Below, piece by piece: positions 10,499 through 23,109 of a stretch of DNA of 64,000 nt. Both the position numbers and the translations under genes were made by a program. The notes beneath the pieces were generated by a model. That model did no database searches, was not told the origin of the DNA, and saw only the letters and a list, made by a program, of their open reading frames with translations. The stretch spans positions 29,591,141-29,655,140 of the forward strand of contig NC_068992.1 of assembly GCF_001194135.2 (NCBI RefSeq), given 5' to 3'. Numbering within the stretch: the first letter of the stretch is position 1; each line of letters starts with the position of its first letter. The DNA comes from Octopus bimaculoides (Eukaryota).

Positions 10499-13149
10499 AT
10501 GGATTATAAATATTGCTACACTGATTATAAATAATCTATTTTCACTGATCGCAAGATATCTTCAATGATTTTGTCATTTATCCATCCTAAATCTTAAATT
10601 TTATCAGTCTAGTCCTACCAGAATTGCTTTTGGCTTGCTTTAAGTCATCAAAATGTCAATATCTTGCTTTAAGTCATCAAAATTTACACTATGAAAAAAT
10701 ATTCGTTGTTTCTCAGTTTTTGGTTTGCCTTGCTATATGTCATCCTAAATTATCATTTTTGCTTTAACGTAGGCCAAAAAACATTTTGTACAATCGTTTA
10801 ATTTTCTCAATATAGACAGTTATAAACATAATATTTATCTCACGGAAGACAATCCTAAATCTCAAATTTTTCTTGCTTTGCCCGTTTCAATGTATCTACT
10901 TGTATCTCAATATAGGCCATTCGAGTGAGCGTCTATACGGAATCACAACCTGCTTAGAAATAGCAGCGGCGTCTCTCTCAGGTACTATCTTACGATCCTA
11001 AAAGAAGGGTTCATTGGAGTTTGTAATACGCAATGCAATCTACTTAAATAAAAGATGGAATGAGTATAGCAGCAATATATTTGATCATAAGTGTGTTCAC
11101 TTATTAACCTGGGGCTAAACAGAAACAAAAGCTGCTCACAGAAATGGATGAATGTTATACACTATAATTTTCCCTGTCTATTAAATCTGTACAAATGTCA
11201 GAAACATTTTTAAAGCTTTCAATTTGGAGGAATATATTCTTTCCCAATGTTTTAATATGTCATTCGAGCTATCATTTGCCTGACAAAAACAAAACAAATT
11301 GCGAAATTAATTGAATTCTAATAGCCCCTAAAATTTAATTAACCATAGATAACTTTCAAATGATATCATGCTGGCAATATGAATTGTAGAAGTAACACAA
11401 AGTTCTATTGACAGCTGTCAAGTCAAACCTGTTTTATCTATAATTATTAGAATGAGTGGCAAGTTTCCTTGATTTGACAAGGTATTCATTGTGCCAATTC
11501 AGAAATTTGGTTTCAATTCTCAGGTTTTGCTAGTTTATTTCCTTCTAGCACTAATAATCTGGGAATTCCTTAATAACACATTCTCTTTAATAGCTTCTAT
11601 AATTGTGTAGCTGTATAATAAAGGAAGATTTGGAATTCATTTCATTAGAAAGGTAATACCATATTAATAATCGTAATGTTCTAAATGAGCCGTGTAAAGG
11701 ACCCAACCATAATTCATTATTATCACCACTTAACGTAATTAAATCGTCAATGTCCTAGGAAGAAACGTTTATCAAGTATATTGAAAGTTTCAAGATATGG
11801 CCATTGCATATCACAACTTGTAGAAATATATCCTACACACTTTATTAAATCGAAACCAGTCTACTCATTTTTCCAATGCAAAATATTGTGTATTGTGTCT
11901 GAATAATGTTTAGATCAAGGAATAACATCTGATTTATAGTAGAAGCCTAAAACGTTGGCAGAAAGAGAATTATAAAAAAAAGAAAGGAAAGAACATTGAA
12001 AAAAATGAATTAGTGTATTGAATTTTGTTTCTGAGTTTCTACTTTAAATGCTGCAATATTCGATGAAATGTGCTTACAAAAGAACTTAATCGATTATAAA
12101 CTAACCTTAAAATCTGACCTTGCTGACCTTTTCATGAAACAAAAATAATAAAAATATAATTAGGGGTAAAAAATATAATCAATGAATAATACCCTATGTA
12201 GGAATAAATAATAATTGATTAATACATAAAGTGGTAATGTGTAGCAATTGACTTTATAAAGATTCAGCCTTGATAAAAAAATATTTTTATTAGTTTTCGT
12301 GTCAATATCTAAAAATCACATAGGACGCAGGAGAAATTTACAGAGAACTACAGAGTGGAGTACCAAATGTATTAGATTGTTTTGCTTTACTAGATTTTGT
12401 TTTTTTTCTGGTATATTTTACTGTCCGATTTCTGTATGGGCTGATTGTGTATATGTTCATAATATATATTAGTAGATAAATCATTTACATGCAGTTTCTT
12501 ACCCATATTGTCTCGCAATTTCTCAAAATAAAGTAATAAATAATATATTGTTCAGTACCGGATACGAACGGCACTAGGTTGAGAGAATAATGGTTTATAT
12601 TTCACACTTCTAAGTTTTTTAAATCACGATATGTTTTGAAGTCAAATTAAAAGCCAACTTGCATTTTATGGAAAATATACCACAAATGAATACATAATAA
12701 ATCATTAAAAATAAACATTTCTATTTTGTACTTATACCTTTTCAAGTATTTAGTACAGAATGGACGTTTAAATATATGTATTAATATACTATCATCCAGT
12801 ACCTTTTTTTTTTATTACTGGAGACTGCGAATATGCATAAATTCGTTTTTTTTCTTCTTTATACAAATTTATATTACTACCTACAGCAATAAGATATCTT
12901 TTACGAGCCGTGTTATATGAAACAAAGCTTCGAATATATTACTAATATTACAAAAAATGAAAAGACCAAATCGATTTACCAAATGATATAGATTTCTTTC
13001 AGAATGATGCAAATGAAATATATTTTATATTTTACTATAAAGTCATCAATTGATAGTGGTGTAAAATTGATGTCTACTACCAGAGACTTGAGTGTGCAAT
13101 ACAAGTTCGAATTTGAATTCAAAAATTTCTTTAATTAATATTTGTATCA

Positions 13150-13295
13150 AGAAAGGTGGGAACTGACAGAATCATTAGCCCGCCCGGCGAAATAATTAGC
13201 GGTATTCCGTCTGTCTTTACGTACTGAGTTCAAATTTCGGTGAGGTGGACAATACCTTTGCCCATAACGAGGTCAATAAAATAAGTACCTGTTGA
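13150..13295 (+). mobile_element. SINE family B, diverged and 3'-truncated
   Basis: Aligns with the first ~140 nt of the 13759 copy (cgcccggcgaaat…tagcggtat…gagttcaaatt…aataagtacc). Confidence 0.8.
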
Positions 13296-13758
13296 AAGTA
13301 TATTATAAACAACTTTGTATTTTAACTCAGAAATTGTTGTAATTCTTTCTACAGTGTTTGGTGCTTGTTTTGTTGGGTGTTGTCTGAAGTTTGCTAATTT
13401 CATTTTTTTTTTATTTCGAGATTTTCTCCCCTTCGCTCTGCGTTCTACATGTTGATATTTTTAGTTCGTGTATACATCCTCTTCATTCCACGGCGATTTT
13501 ACGTCTTTATTTGGCACAATCTCCTCTCAATTTAACAATATAACCTTCTACCCTTTATATGATAATAGAATAAGAATTGTACATATGTAGACCGGAGAAC
13601 TGTCGAGAAGGCTACATCCTTATTATTTGGAAAACTATGAGTAGAATATCTGCAGTGTGTCGAACAAGACCTTCGTCTATACACGATATATTTTAAACAG
13701 GCAGGACATAAGTAGCTGAAATAATAACAGTGCCTAATCGCCAGAAACTAAGAAAATA

Positions 13759-13990
13759 AGGCGGTGAGCTGGCAGAAACGTTAGCACGCCGGGCGAAATG
13801 TTTAGCGGTATTTCGTCTGCCGTTACGTACTGAGTTCAAATTCCGCCGAGTTCAACTTTGCCTTTCATCCTTTCGGAGTCGATTAAATAAGTACCAGTCA
13901 CGCACTGAGGTCGATATAATCGACTTAATCCGTTTGTCTGTCCTTGTTTGTCCCATCTGTGTGTAGCCCCTTGTGGGCAGTAAAGGAATA
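13759..13990 (+). mobile_element. SINE family B, full length
   Basis: aggcggtgagctggcagaaacg head and GAGTTCAAATTCC B box. Flanking direct repeat AGAAACTAAG at 13743-13752 and 13991-14000. Confidence 0.92.
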
Positions 13991-14264
13991 AGAAACTAAG
14001 TAAAATTTCATGAATTACATAACAAAAAAGATAAAACTATGGAATTAAATTCCGGAAATCCATGAAATATAGAAATAATATTTTGACATAACCTACGTAC
14101 AGTATATATTTTCGAACATATAACACTGATCCATATTTAATCAGAGACTTACAAAAAAAATGTAACCATATAAACTACAGCAAAAAGAAACAAAGACTTA
14201 TAAACTCAACATATACTTTCTCACATACTACAATATTTAGTAAGTACATTGTTCTTTAGTACCT

Positions 14265-14645
14265 TGTTGGCACTCCGTCGCTTACAACGTCGAGAGTTTC
14301 AGTTGATGCAATCAACGGAACAGCCTCCTCGTGAAATTAACGTGCAAATGGCTGAGCACTCCACAGGTACGTGTACCCTTAACGTAGTTCTGAGGGATAT
14401 TCAGCGTGACACAGTGTGACAAGGCTAACCCTTTGAATTACAGGCACAACAGAAACATGAAGCAAGAGTGAGAGAAAGTTGTGGTGGAAGAGTACAGCAG
14501 GGTTCGCCACCACACCCTGTCGGAGCCTTGTGAAGCTTTAGGTGTTTTCGCTCAATAAACACTCACAACGCCCGGTCGGGGAATCGAAACCGCGATCCTA
14601 TGACCGCGAGTCCGCTGCCCTAACCACTGGGCCATTGTGCCGCCA
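14265..14645 (-). mobile_element. SINE family C, full length, with 11-bp TSD
   Basis: TSD CTTTAGTACCT at 14254-14264 and 14646-14656. Colinear with the 7768 copy. Confidence 0.93.
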
Positions 14646-15871
14646 CTTTAGTACCTACATATGAAGTAAATATTCAACGCGTCCTGAATAAACAAAATGA
14701 AACGATGGCTAACGAGCTGTCTAAGGTTATGAAACCTAAGCTAGGAACTATAGCTTCCAGAGAGACTTAGCAAATGCTTCTGTCATTTCACTCGACCATC
14801 CTACATAGAATAGATTCACCTATTTATACGCTGAAAACACCACAGTTTCACAGTTCTATGATTTCCCAGATATGACTGGCTAACTGCTCAAGCGCTGCCC
14901 GACATGTACAGTCTATACAAATAATAGATTAAATGCAACACCTTTGAAAGTTGCAAACTAATTACCATCAAATAATATTACCATTATAATTACCATAAAA
15001 TAATGCAATATCCATACATTGCTGGCACAATAAAGATCAGAATATGACGCAGAAACCAAATGAAAGCACTCAAACCCATTATGTTTCATTGGCACACAAA
15101 AAGCACATGTGCGTACGCAATACATCAGGTAGATAATGGATTATACAATTTTACTACCCGTGTCTAATATCGTCACTGTACAATACAGTTAAACATAAAT
15201 GCATTCGTTTCGAATTTGCCGCAGTTTCACAGAAACCTCGGAAAAACAGCTTTTAAATGTTGGACAGAAGTCATTGAAATGAATGGCAATTATCCAATTT
15301 AAGAAAATCAAACACGTACTATCTATATATATATATATATCTGTGACATCACGACAAACCGCAGACACAATTAAGAAACAAAGTTAACCTACTCTCCACA
15401 AAAAAAAGAATCAACATAATATCGCAATAGCAATCTAAAAAGAAACTGCCCCACTTATTGAACATAGATTGGTATAAAATACAAAGACACGCACACACAC
15501 AGCAGCAGGCCTTTCGTTTTCATCCTTTCGTGGTTTGATAAAATAAGGTCGATGATATCGGACTAAACCCTTCCCCCAAATTTGAGTCCTATTTTAGAAA
15601 GGATTATTAATCTAATTCGTCCGCGCTAGCAAGAACACCACCATTTATAAGTATGGGGGTAACATGATTGATCTGCTATGTGCAAGTCTAGCTGGACTAC
15701 ATCTGTTCTAACCATAAACATACCATAACTCACGGGCCTATAACAGAAATAAAGGAACTACTTAACTAGCCAACGTGCTTGACATAACAACTGAACAACT
15801 AAATGACACTTTATCGTAAGAACATGGAAGTGAATATTAAAAATGTATAGTGTAAAGTACATTATATGTTA

Positions 15872-16961
15872 CAACGAGAAATGCGGCCGAACGCATGTAA
15901 ATATTCCTAAGTTATTACTCCTGGAAAAGTACAGAACAAGATTTCTACAGTAGAATTTGCCTAATTCGTCACTTCTAAAAGAAACTAAAATGTACTTACA
16001 ATTAAATTCTACAGTACTTAAAATATTGCAGCCGAGAATAACATTTTAAAAATTTACTATATTGTATTGAAACGAAACTTATAAAAACATTACTAGCTTT
16101 TTCCAAAAATTAGCCCATCCGATTTTAAGCCTATGGGCTTATATTTAGAAACTATTCTCATGTATATCCACATATAACCACAATAGTTTTTATTATTTTC
16201 AGAAAAAAATTATTTACCCAAACTTTTTAAGTCTGTATTTAAGCCCATGGTTTATTTTTGGAAAAAGCAGTATTTTAAAAGTGAAATAAAATAAAATTAA
16301 TTAAAAAAAAAAAAACATTAGAATTCACCTAATTACTCATCCCTAGGAGAAAATTGAAAGTTACAAATTAGGTGAAGTAGTGAATTAGCTAAATATGAAT
16401 TAGGCTAATTCTACTGTATTCATGCTAACTAATAAATTTTACTTATGATTTATTTGTCAGATTAAATATTTTTTCGTGTGGAAGAATTGTCTGAGCATAA
16501 GGTTGATTTGAAATCATTGAATGGCCACTCCACTTCAGTCAATGATCTTTTCGTAATGGGATTTCAATTCAAGTGGAGAAAATCTTGTGCAATATTGTTT
16601 ACAACTTCATATTTTATTGTTTGTACTTGATACAACTAAATACAATGACTGTTTTAATAGTATATTTCAAAAGACATGATATAAGAAAAACTGTTTAAAT
16701 TTGCTGTTGACTACTTTTTAAAGATTTACTTTTTTTTTAAATTCTCATAATTATCTCAAATTTACCTAATATAAAGTATTTTAATATTTAAAGTTTTATT
16801 CTCGGCTGCAGTATTTTAAGTACAGTAGAATTTTAATTTTATGCACTCTTTAGTTTCCTTTAGAGGAATTAGACAAATACTAATGTAGAAATCTTGTTCT
16901 GTACTTTTCCAGGTGTAATTACTTAAGAATATTAACATGCATGCGCCCGCATTTTACAGTG
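15872..16961. mobile_element. Old foldback non-autonomous DNA transposon (~1.1 kb, ~180-bp imperfect TIRs)
   Basis: 15872-~16050 is the reverse complement of ~16790-16961, including a perfect 30-bp match (15920-15949 vs 16884-16913). TA on both flanks. The right end reads CACTGTAAAA inward. Confidence 0.8.
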
Positions 16962-17927
16962 TAATCCATTTTCCCCCGACAATGCAATAAAACTAATAAA
17001 TATTCTTTTGTTAAAAATATATTTGAATTATATTTCATTGTTGATGATTGAATTAAAATAAGAATTATATGATATGTTTTTTAATTTTCACCTATCTTTT
17101 CTTAAATTCTAAAAATCGCAAAAAGTTATCTGGACAGGGTTTGGTTGCATTGGCTAATATAAAAATGATTTAAAATGTAAGAATAGCGAATGCATCCACT
17201 GTAAAGCAGGAGGAGCCACGTTCCCTTTTGCTTTTTCTGAACAGCATTACAAGCAACCTCCAGGTCTGCCCATTGAAAGAAAGAAACAATAACAATTTTG
17301 TATCAAGATTTTGAGGAATATATGCTAAAATTACATATTGTAATCCAATTTTCATAAACCAATTAAAAAATGAAATTTCTATAAATATAATCCACTTACA
17401 TTAAAATCATAATATCTGAAAGCAACGATCTTGTCATTATAACATGAGAAATAAGAATGTAAATTCTGTTACCCTTAATATTGAATTAAAGTTTAAAAGC
17501 AAATAAATAAACTTAAAACTTCAGAATCCTTACAATGCTTTCGTTTGTTTCATAAAAATTCCTCCTCGTATAATGATTTTGCTCTCATTTTCTGATAGAC
17601 AACTATCATGCAGAAAATGCCAGCTTCTAAATCCTGTTTTCTGAAAATGATTAAACATTTGAATCTTGGTAACATTTTTCTGCAATGAGTATGTTTGTAT
17701 GTACCTATGTATAAGTATGCATGTGTGTGTGTGAGTGTTTATTTACGATGGACAGTAGAAAAGAGTCCACTTGCCATCAATTTTTGTCAAGCTACGTATT
17801 AGTCACACACAACTTTGTTTCCCTTCATAGGAGTTTTAAAAGTTACTTATGTGTATGTGCATTGCTAGTCTGTGTGTGTGAGTTTGTATTCACGTAAGTG
17901 TGTATGCAGCGTCGCATGTATATCCAT

Positions 17928-18122
17928 GAAGTCGATTTCAGGCGTTATTCTCCCCTTTTTGACCTCACATATTTGAAATCTCAAAATGTAGCTTAGTAGA
18001 TGACCAATCTAAAAATGTATAAACAACTTCAAATTTGGTAAAAAACTGAATTATGACAAAGCCTAGAAGTGCTCACGAGTGAGTAAATATTATTCACAGA
18101 CTTCTGTGTGTGAATGATTTCA
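17928..18122 (+). mobile_element. Partial copy of the repeat at 18590-19157 (possible Helentron/HINE-like)
   Basis: Shares gaagtcgatttcaggc…ttattctc…ctaaaaatgta…aagcctagaagtg…gtgtgtgaatgatt with 18922-19155. Confidence 0.6.
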
Positions 18123-18194
18123 TTACAATATAGTATATCCTATGAATATGAGGTGGATCTTTGCAAGATACCTAAATACTGAATTGAATCAAAC

Positions 18195-18400
18195 ATTTTG
18201 AAATATTGGTTTCCAATTTTGACAGAAGGGAATCATATCCGGCAGGGAAAGTAGTTGTTTACATCGACCTCAGTGCTCAGTTGATACTCATACCGAAAAG
18301 ATAAAAGGGAAAGAAGACGTTGGTGGAATCTAGAGAAAGACGAAATGCCGCGAAGCTTTCATCCTGCCTGTTATCGACTCTGTCAGCTCGTCGTCTTAGT
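18195..18400 (-). mobile_element. SINE family B, degenerate
   Basis: ttttgacagaagg…acatcgacctcagtgctcagttgatact…ccgaaaagataaaagg…gacgaaatgccgc…gtcagctcg. Confidence 0.65.
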
Positions 18401-18589
18401 ACTGTAATTAATAATAATATTATTTGAAAATTGTTTCACGTACTTTTGGCACATTTGCCATATATAATGAATTTTTTCCTTGTGAATAGTTGTTTAAAAG
18501 ATTACCACCACGACACTCGTCTTGATGAGTTCTATCATATGAGCTAAACAAAAACAAAATTTTTACCCAAAAACAAAATGTTTAGATTT

Positions 18590-19157
18590 TGAATTTGCTT
18601 TTAATTAAGCGTTACCACTGTTTTCGACACATTTCGACACAGTAGTTTTTTGTATTTAAAATATTTTTTGATATAATTAGTATTATGGGATTATGTAATC
18701 GAGATCTATCAGAAAGTTAAATTGAAATGTCTTCTTTTGAAAAAAAAAAGAAAAATATTTGGAGACAAAAGTCGATTTCAGGCGTTGATCTCCTTTTCTT
18801 ACGTCGGTTTTTACCTGAGTACTTTTTTCTACTGAATAGTGTTGCATATAAGTAACATGGGCGCATACCTGTCGTCGTATAAGCTAAAGTAAAGTATAGA
18901 TCTATTTAAAAAAATGGACTCGAAGTCGATTTCAGGCATTATTCTCTTTGCAGCCTAACATATTTAACTCAAACTTTTTCTACTCAACCAATTTTCAAAA
19001 TTTTAGCTTGTAGCGTAGGATGTGACCAACCTAAAAATGTAAACATCATCTAATTTGATTAAAATCTGAGTTAGTGACGAAGCCTAGAAGTGGTCGTGAG
19101 CGAGTAAGTGTTGACCTTAAGAATATTACTCACACTCGATAGTGTGTGAATGATTAA
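18590..19157 (+). mobile_element. Repeat with ~154-bp internal subrepeat and terminal stem-loop (Helentron/HINE/DINE-1-like)
   Basis: GTCGATTTCAGGC at 18771 and 18925 (154-bp period) and a terminal hairpin CACACT-CGAT-AGTGTG at 19131-19146. The classification is inference from architecture. Confidence 0.45.
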
Positions 19158-21673
19158 GCAAGTGTACGGTCAAAAGTCATATATCTTTGATAGTAGGCTT
19201 GCTAGATTGCCAGGTGGCTAAAGAATAATATTAATATAAATAAAAATTCGTATCAATAAACATACACACACACATATATACACACGTTTATGCAATTTAG
19301 ATCTGTAGATTTCTCTTACGATGATGGATTATCTACAGTACATCATATGTTGACTAATGTTAACATTACTCTAAGCAACAACAATATTACAATCTACTGG
19401 TAGTTCTTCAATAACTTTTAGCAAACGATGATCTGTACGCATAGGAAATACTAATCTTGAGACAAATTCCTTCTAAACTAAATCTGGTGTTTCTACAAAT
19501 ACACGAAATTTGAACTCAGACCCCAAAACGAGAAATATAACTCAATACCATAAAATACTTGTGCATTAAACACGAAATTAGAAACACGAATGAATTTATG
19601 TAACTTTACAGAGAATTTACAAGCGTTTCATGTATTTTATTTTACCGAAACTTGTTTTATTATCCAGTATCTACTATCACGTTTTCCTATGTACTATATA
19701 CCATCAAAATTACAAATATATTGCTGAAGTCAAAAAGAAAAATAAAACTTTCGTCATAAAAGTAAGAGACTTCGACATCTACGTCTGGATGAAAAGTTGA
19801 AAAGAAAATTAAAACGTTAGGCACTTTTGAATATTCGTTTAGTTTACTTCAAATAGATGAAAGCAGAACCCAGCGGAAACAAGCAATTATATGGATTTAG
19901 GTTTCCAATATTTCCAGTAGAGACATTTTACGAAATATGATTTTAATCGATTATGTTCGAAGCAATTATACAAAGTTCTCTGGAGCTACAGAAGATTTAT
20001 CAGAAATTTAATAACTGTAAAGTTTGGGGTATTTATTTCAGTGCGACCTTTTATCCCCATTCCAAATTCTTTATTCAAAAATGAAGGATGAAGAAATATT
20101 ATTGAAAGTGACTTACATTAGTGTTTATCGGGTTTGATAGTATATATGTGGATAAACAGAGACGAAAATTCCATATTTATACATACGTGTCATTTTTTTT
20201 CTGATATAATCCATTCATTTGTCAATGCTGGGACATTTAGATGTAAATATCATGCTATCGATGATATCTTTCAAGAAGACCATTGAAAGCTAGCATTACA
20301 ATTGAATATTAAATTATCTCAAGTTTGAAACTACATGAAAGTTAATGCTATTGAGATTTCTAAAGATTCTCCATTATTATAGTCACTTGTATTCATTTAT
20401 ATCTTTTTATTAATTGCTCCGTCAGATACGGCATGGTTTTCCTTGATTTATCTCAGTAAGAATTTAAGTAAGTAAATTAATAGATAGAAACATTTTCCAA
20501 GTATCATCAATATAATCAATAATAAAAATTTGATTTAGCGAGAATACATTTGCAAATTCATCACATTAGACTATTAATATATATGTGTGTGTGTATGTGT
20601 GTGTGTGTATGTGTGTGTGTGTGTATGTGTGTGTGTGTATGTGTGTGTGTGTATGTGTGAGTGTTTGTGAGTGTATATATATATATATATATATACCGGG
20701 GTGGGTATATATATATAATTTTGTATGCTATTTCCATAAACAAAAGCATTAATTATCTTCAGAAATGAAATGAAACTAGCTGGAGTTTGCCTTTCAAGTG
20801 AGCACAGATGTATTTTCTTATTCCATATAATAAAGATAAATTTATAACGAATTCTTGTGAGACTATGCATTGTCCATAGAATTTGTATTTTATATAAGTC
20901 TATAAACAGTAAAAAAATACCCTCAACCGATTTGCTCTGACTTAAATATGATTAATACAAAATCGTGAAACTCCTTTCCTACATTGGAGTTTCACTCAGC
21001 TGGAAAATAATTCGCTTGGAGAATTAAATATTGAATGCTGGTTCTATGGTGAGTTACAATCTAATTCCGACTGAGAAAAGAAGCCTCTATTCTTAGACAT
21101 AATCTAAAGACATTCTAAGCTCGTATTGTCTTCATACAATAGAACTGCATAGGTTGATAATATTGTTCATCACAACTTTTTGGTATGATATTCCTATATT
21201 TTATCCAACATCTTTTCAACTTTGTCTAACAAAACGGACAGAAATAGATTCTACGAGTAACGAAATATATTAAATTTTCTTCCTTTTCTCGTGATGAGAA
21301 AAATCCCCACCATTATTTAGAAGTTAGCAGAAATTAATTGTTGAATGTGCAAAAGAACATGTAAGTATACGTTTCGTTGCTAACGAAATAAAAGAAGGGT
21401 TGGCGATAAGACTTATACAAGAGAGATAATATCTCAGAGCGATGGGTCCCCAAAACGGTTTTGGTTCATTTCACTTAATTTCTATCATCATTACCTGATG
21501 GTGAAATGCACATGTCTTATAAAATTAATTCTAAATTTCAATGTAAATCTAAAATGATATGAATTTGTAATCAATAAGGAAATAAGTGCTAGAAGAAAGG
21601 CAAACCTTTGATGAGCAACACTGCATCAAATATTTATCTTCATTTGTAGTGTTGGAATTGTGTTTATGTAAGT

Positions 21674-22052
21674 TGTTGGCACTCCGTCGCTTACGACGTC
21701 GAGGGTTCCAGTTGATCCGATCAACAGAACAACCTGCTCGTGAAATTAACGTGCAAGTGGCTGAGCACTCCACAGACACATGTACCCTTAACGTAGTTCT
21801 CGGGGATATTCAGCGTGACACAGTATGACAAGGCTGACCCTTTGAGTTACAGGTACAACAGAAACAGGAAATAAGAGTGAGAGAAAGTTGTGGTGAAAGA
21901 GTACAGCAGGGTTCGCGACTATCCCCTGCCGGAGCCTCGTGGAGCTTTAGGTGTTTTCGCTCAATAAACACTCACAACGCCCGGTCTGGGAATCGAAACC
22001 GCGATCCTATGACCGCGAGTCCGCTGCCCTAACAACTAGGCCATTGCGCCTC
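21674..22052 (-). mobile_element. SINE family C, full length, with 13-bp TSD
   Basis: TSD TGTTTAYGTAAGT at 21661-21673 and 22053-22065 (one C/T difference at a CpG). tRNA head GGCGCAATGGCCTAGTTGTTAGGGCAGCGGACTCGCGGTC…GGTTTCGATTCC. Confidence 0.93.
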
Positions 22053-22587
22053 TGTTTACGTAAGTAATGACCACAAAATAGGCATGAATCCTGAAACAAA
22101 AATTTAGATTTACTGACCTAACATCCTGTATTTATGCTTCTTATGTGAAATTATTAACAGTGAGTCTCTTACACCAATGTGGAACTGTACACTGTCTCTA
22201 CCTGCTTAAAGAATTTACTATATCGACTTCATGATTTACTGTCTTAAAAAGAAATACATTTCATAATGTAATCCTTGTACATAACGCATGAACATAAAAG
22301 CAGACATGAACAATATGACCCCCAGGTTCAGAGATTTGCTAGAATACAGCCGACGGAAAGAATATTAGGTGTATGACGGTGCATATTACAGATTCTTTTA
22401 CACAAAAATATCGTCATATCGCTTCATAATTCCAGTTTTAATGATCGACTTTTACGATACCTAACCAACTATTATGCCAACGACGGTGCTTCTCGTCGAT
22501 TGCTCAACCTGCTAATTTTAGTATCCATACATTTCATAAATTACACACACACACACACACAGACACACACACACACAGAGACACACA

Positions 22588-22660
<73 letters not shown>

Positions 22661-22984
22661 ATATATATATATATTGTACGATGCGGTTCTAGATAAACGT
22701 GTTTGCATCAAAATGTCTAACATTATTTAACATTTCTAACATGCCAATTACTTCAGGTAAATTTAAATAACGGTTGCTACAACGCCTACACATTTGATGA
22801 GTTTTGGGATAGTATAACAGAATTCTAATAAAAAGAATACTGAATGCTGACATATACCCATCTATTGAAATATTTAACATGATTCTTTAAGAAAATTTTT
22901 CTCTTTTAAATTAATGCACATCTAGGTTTCTCAGTTTGAAGAGTTTTGCTGAATTGTCTCAAGCGCCCTGGCTGAATAGATTCT

Positions 22985-23105
22985 AAACAATAAATAATAA
23001 TCAGAACAACAACAACAACAACAACAACAATGATATTAATAACAATAATAATGATAATTATAATAATAATGATAATGACAATAATGATGATGATGATGAT
23101 GATGT
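22985..23105. repeat. Compound (AAT)/(AAC)/(GAT) microsatellite at the 3' end of the Tx1 fragment
   Basis: Directly visible. Confidence 0.9.
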
Positions 23106-23109
23106 TTTA

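Noticed and set aside
18515-18550. Hammerhead-like TTGATGA-GTTC…GAGC-TAAAC
   Set aside because: Two core positions deviate (C3 and G12), and no stems I/III or Penelope context are evident.
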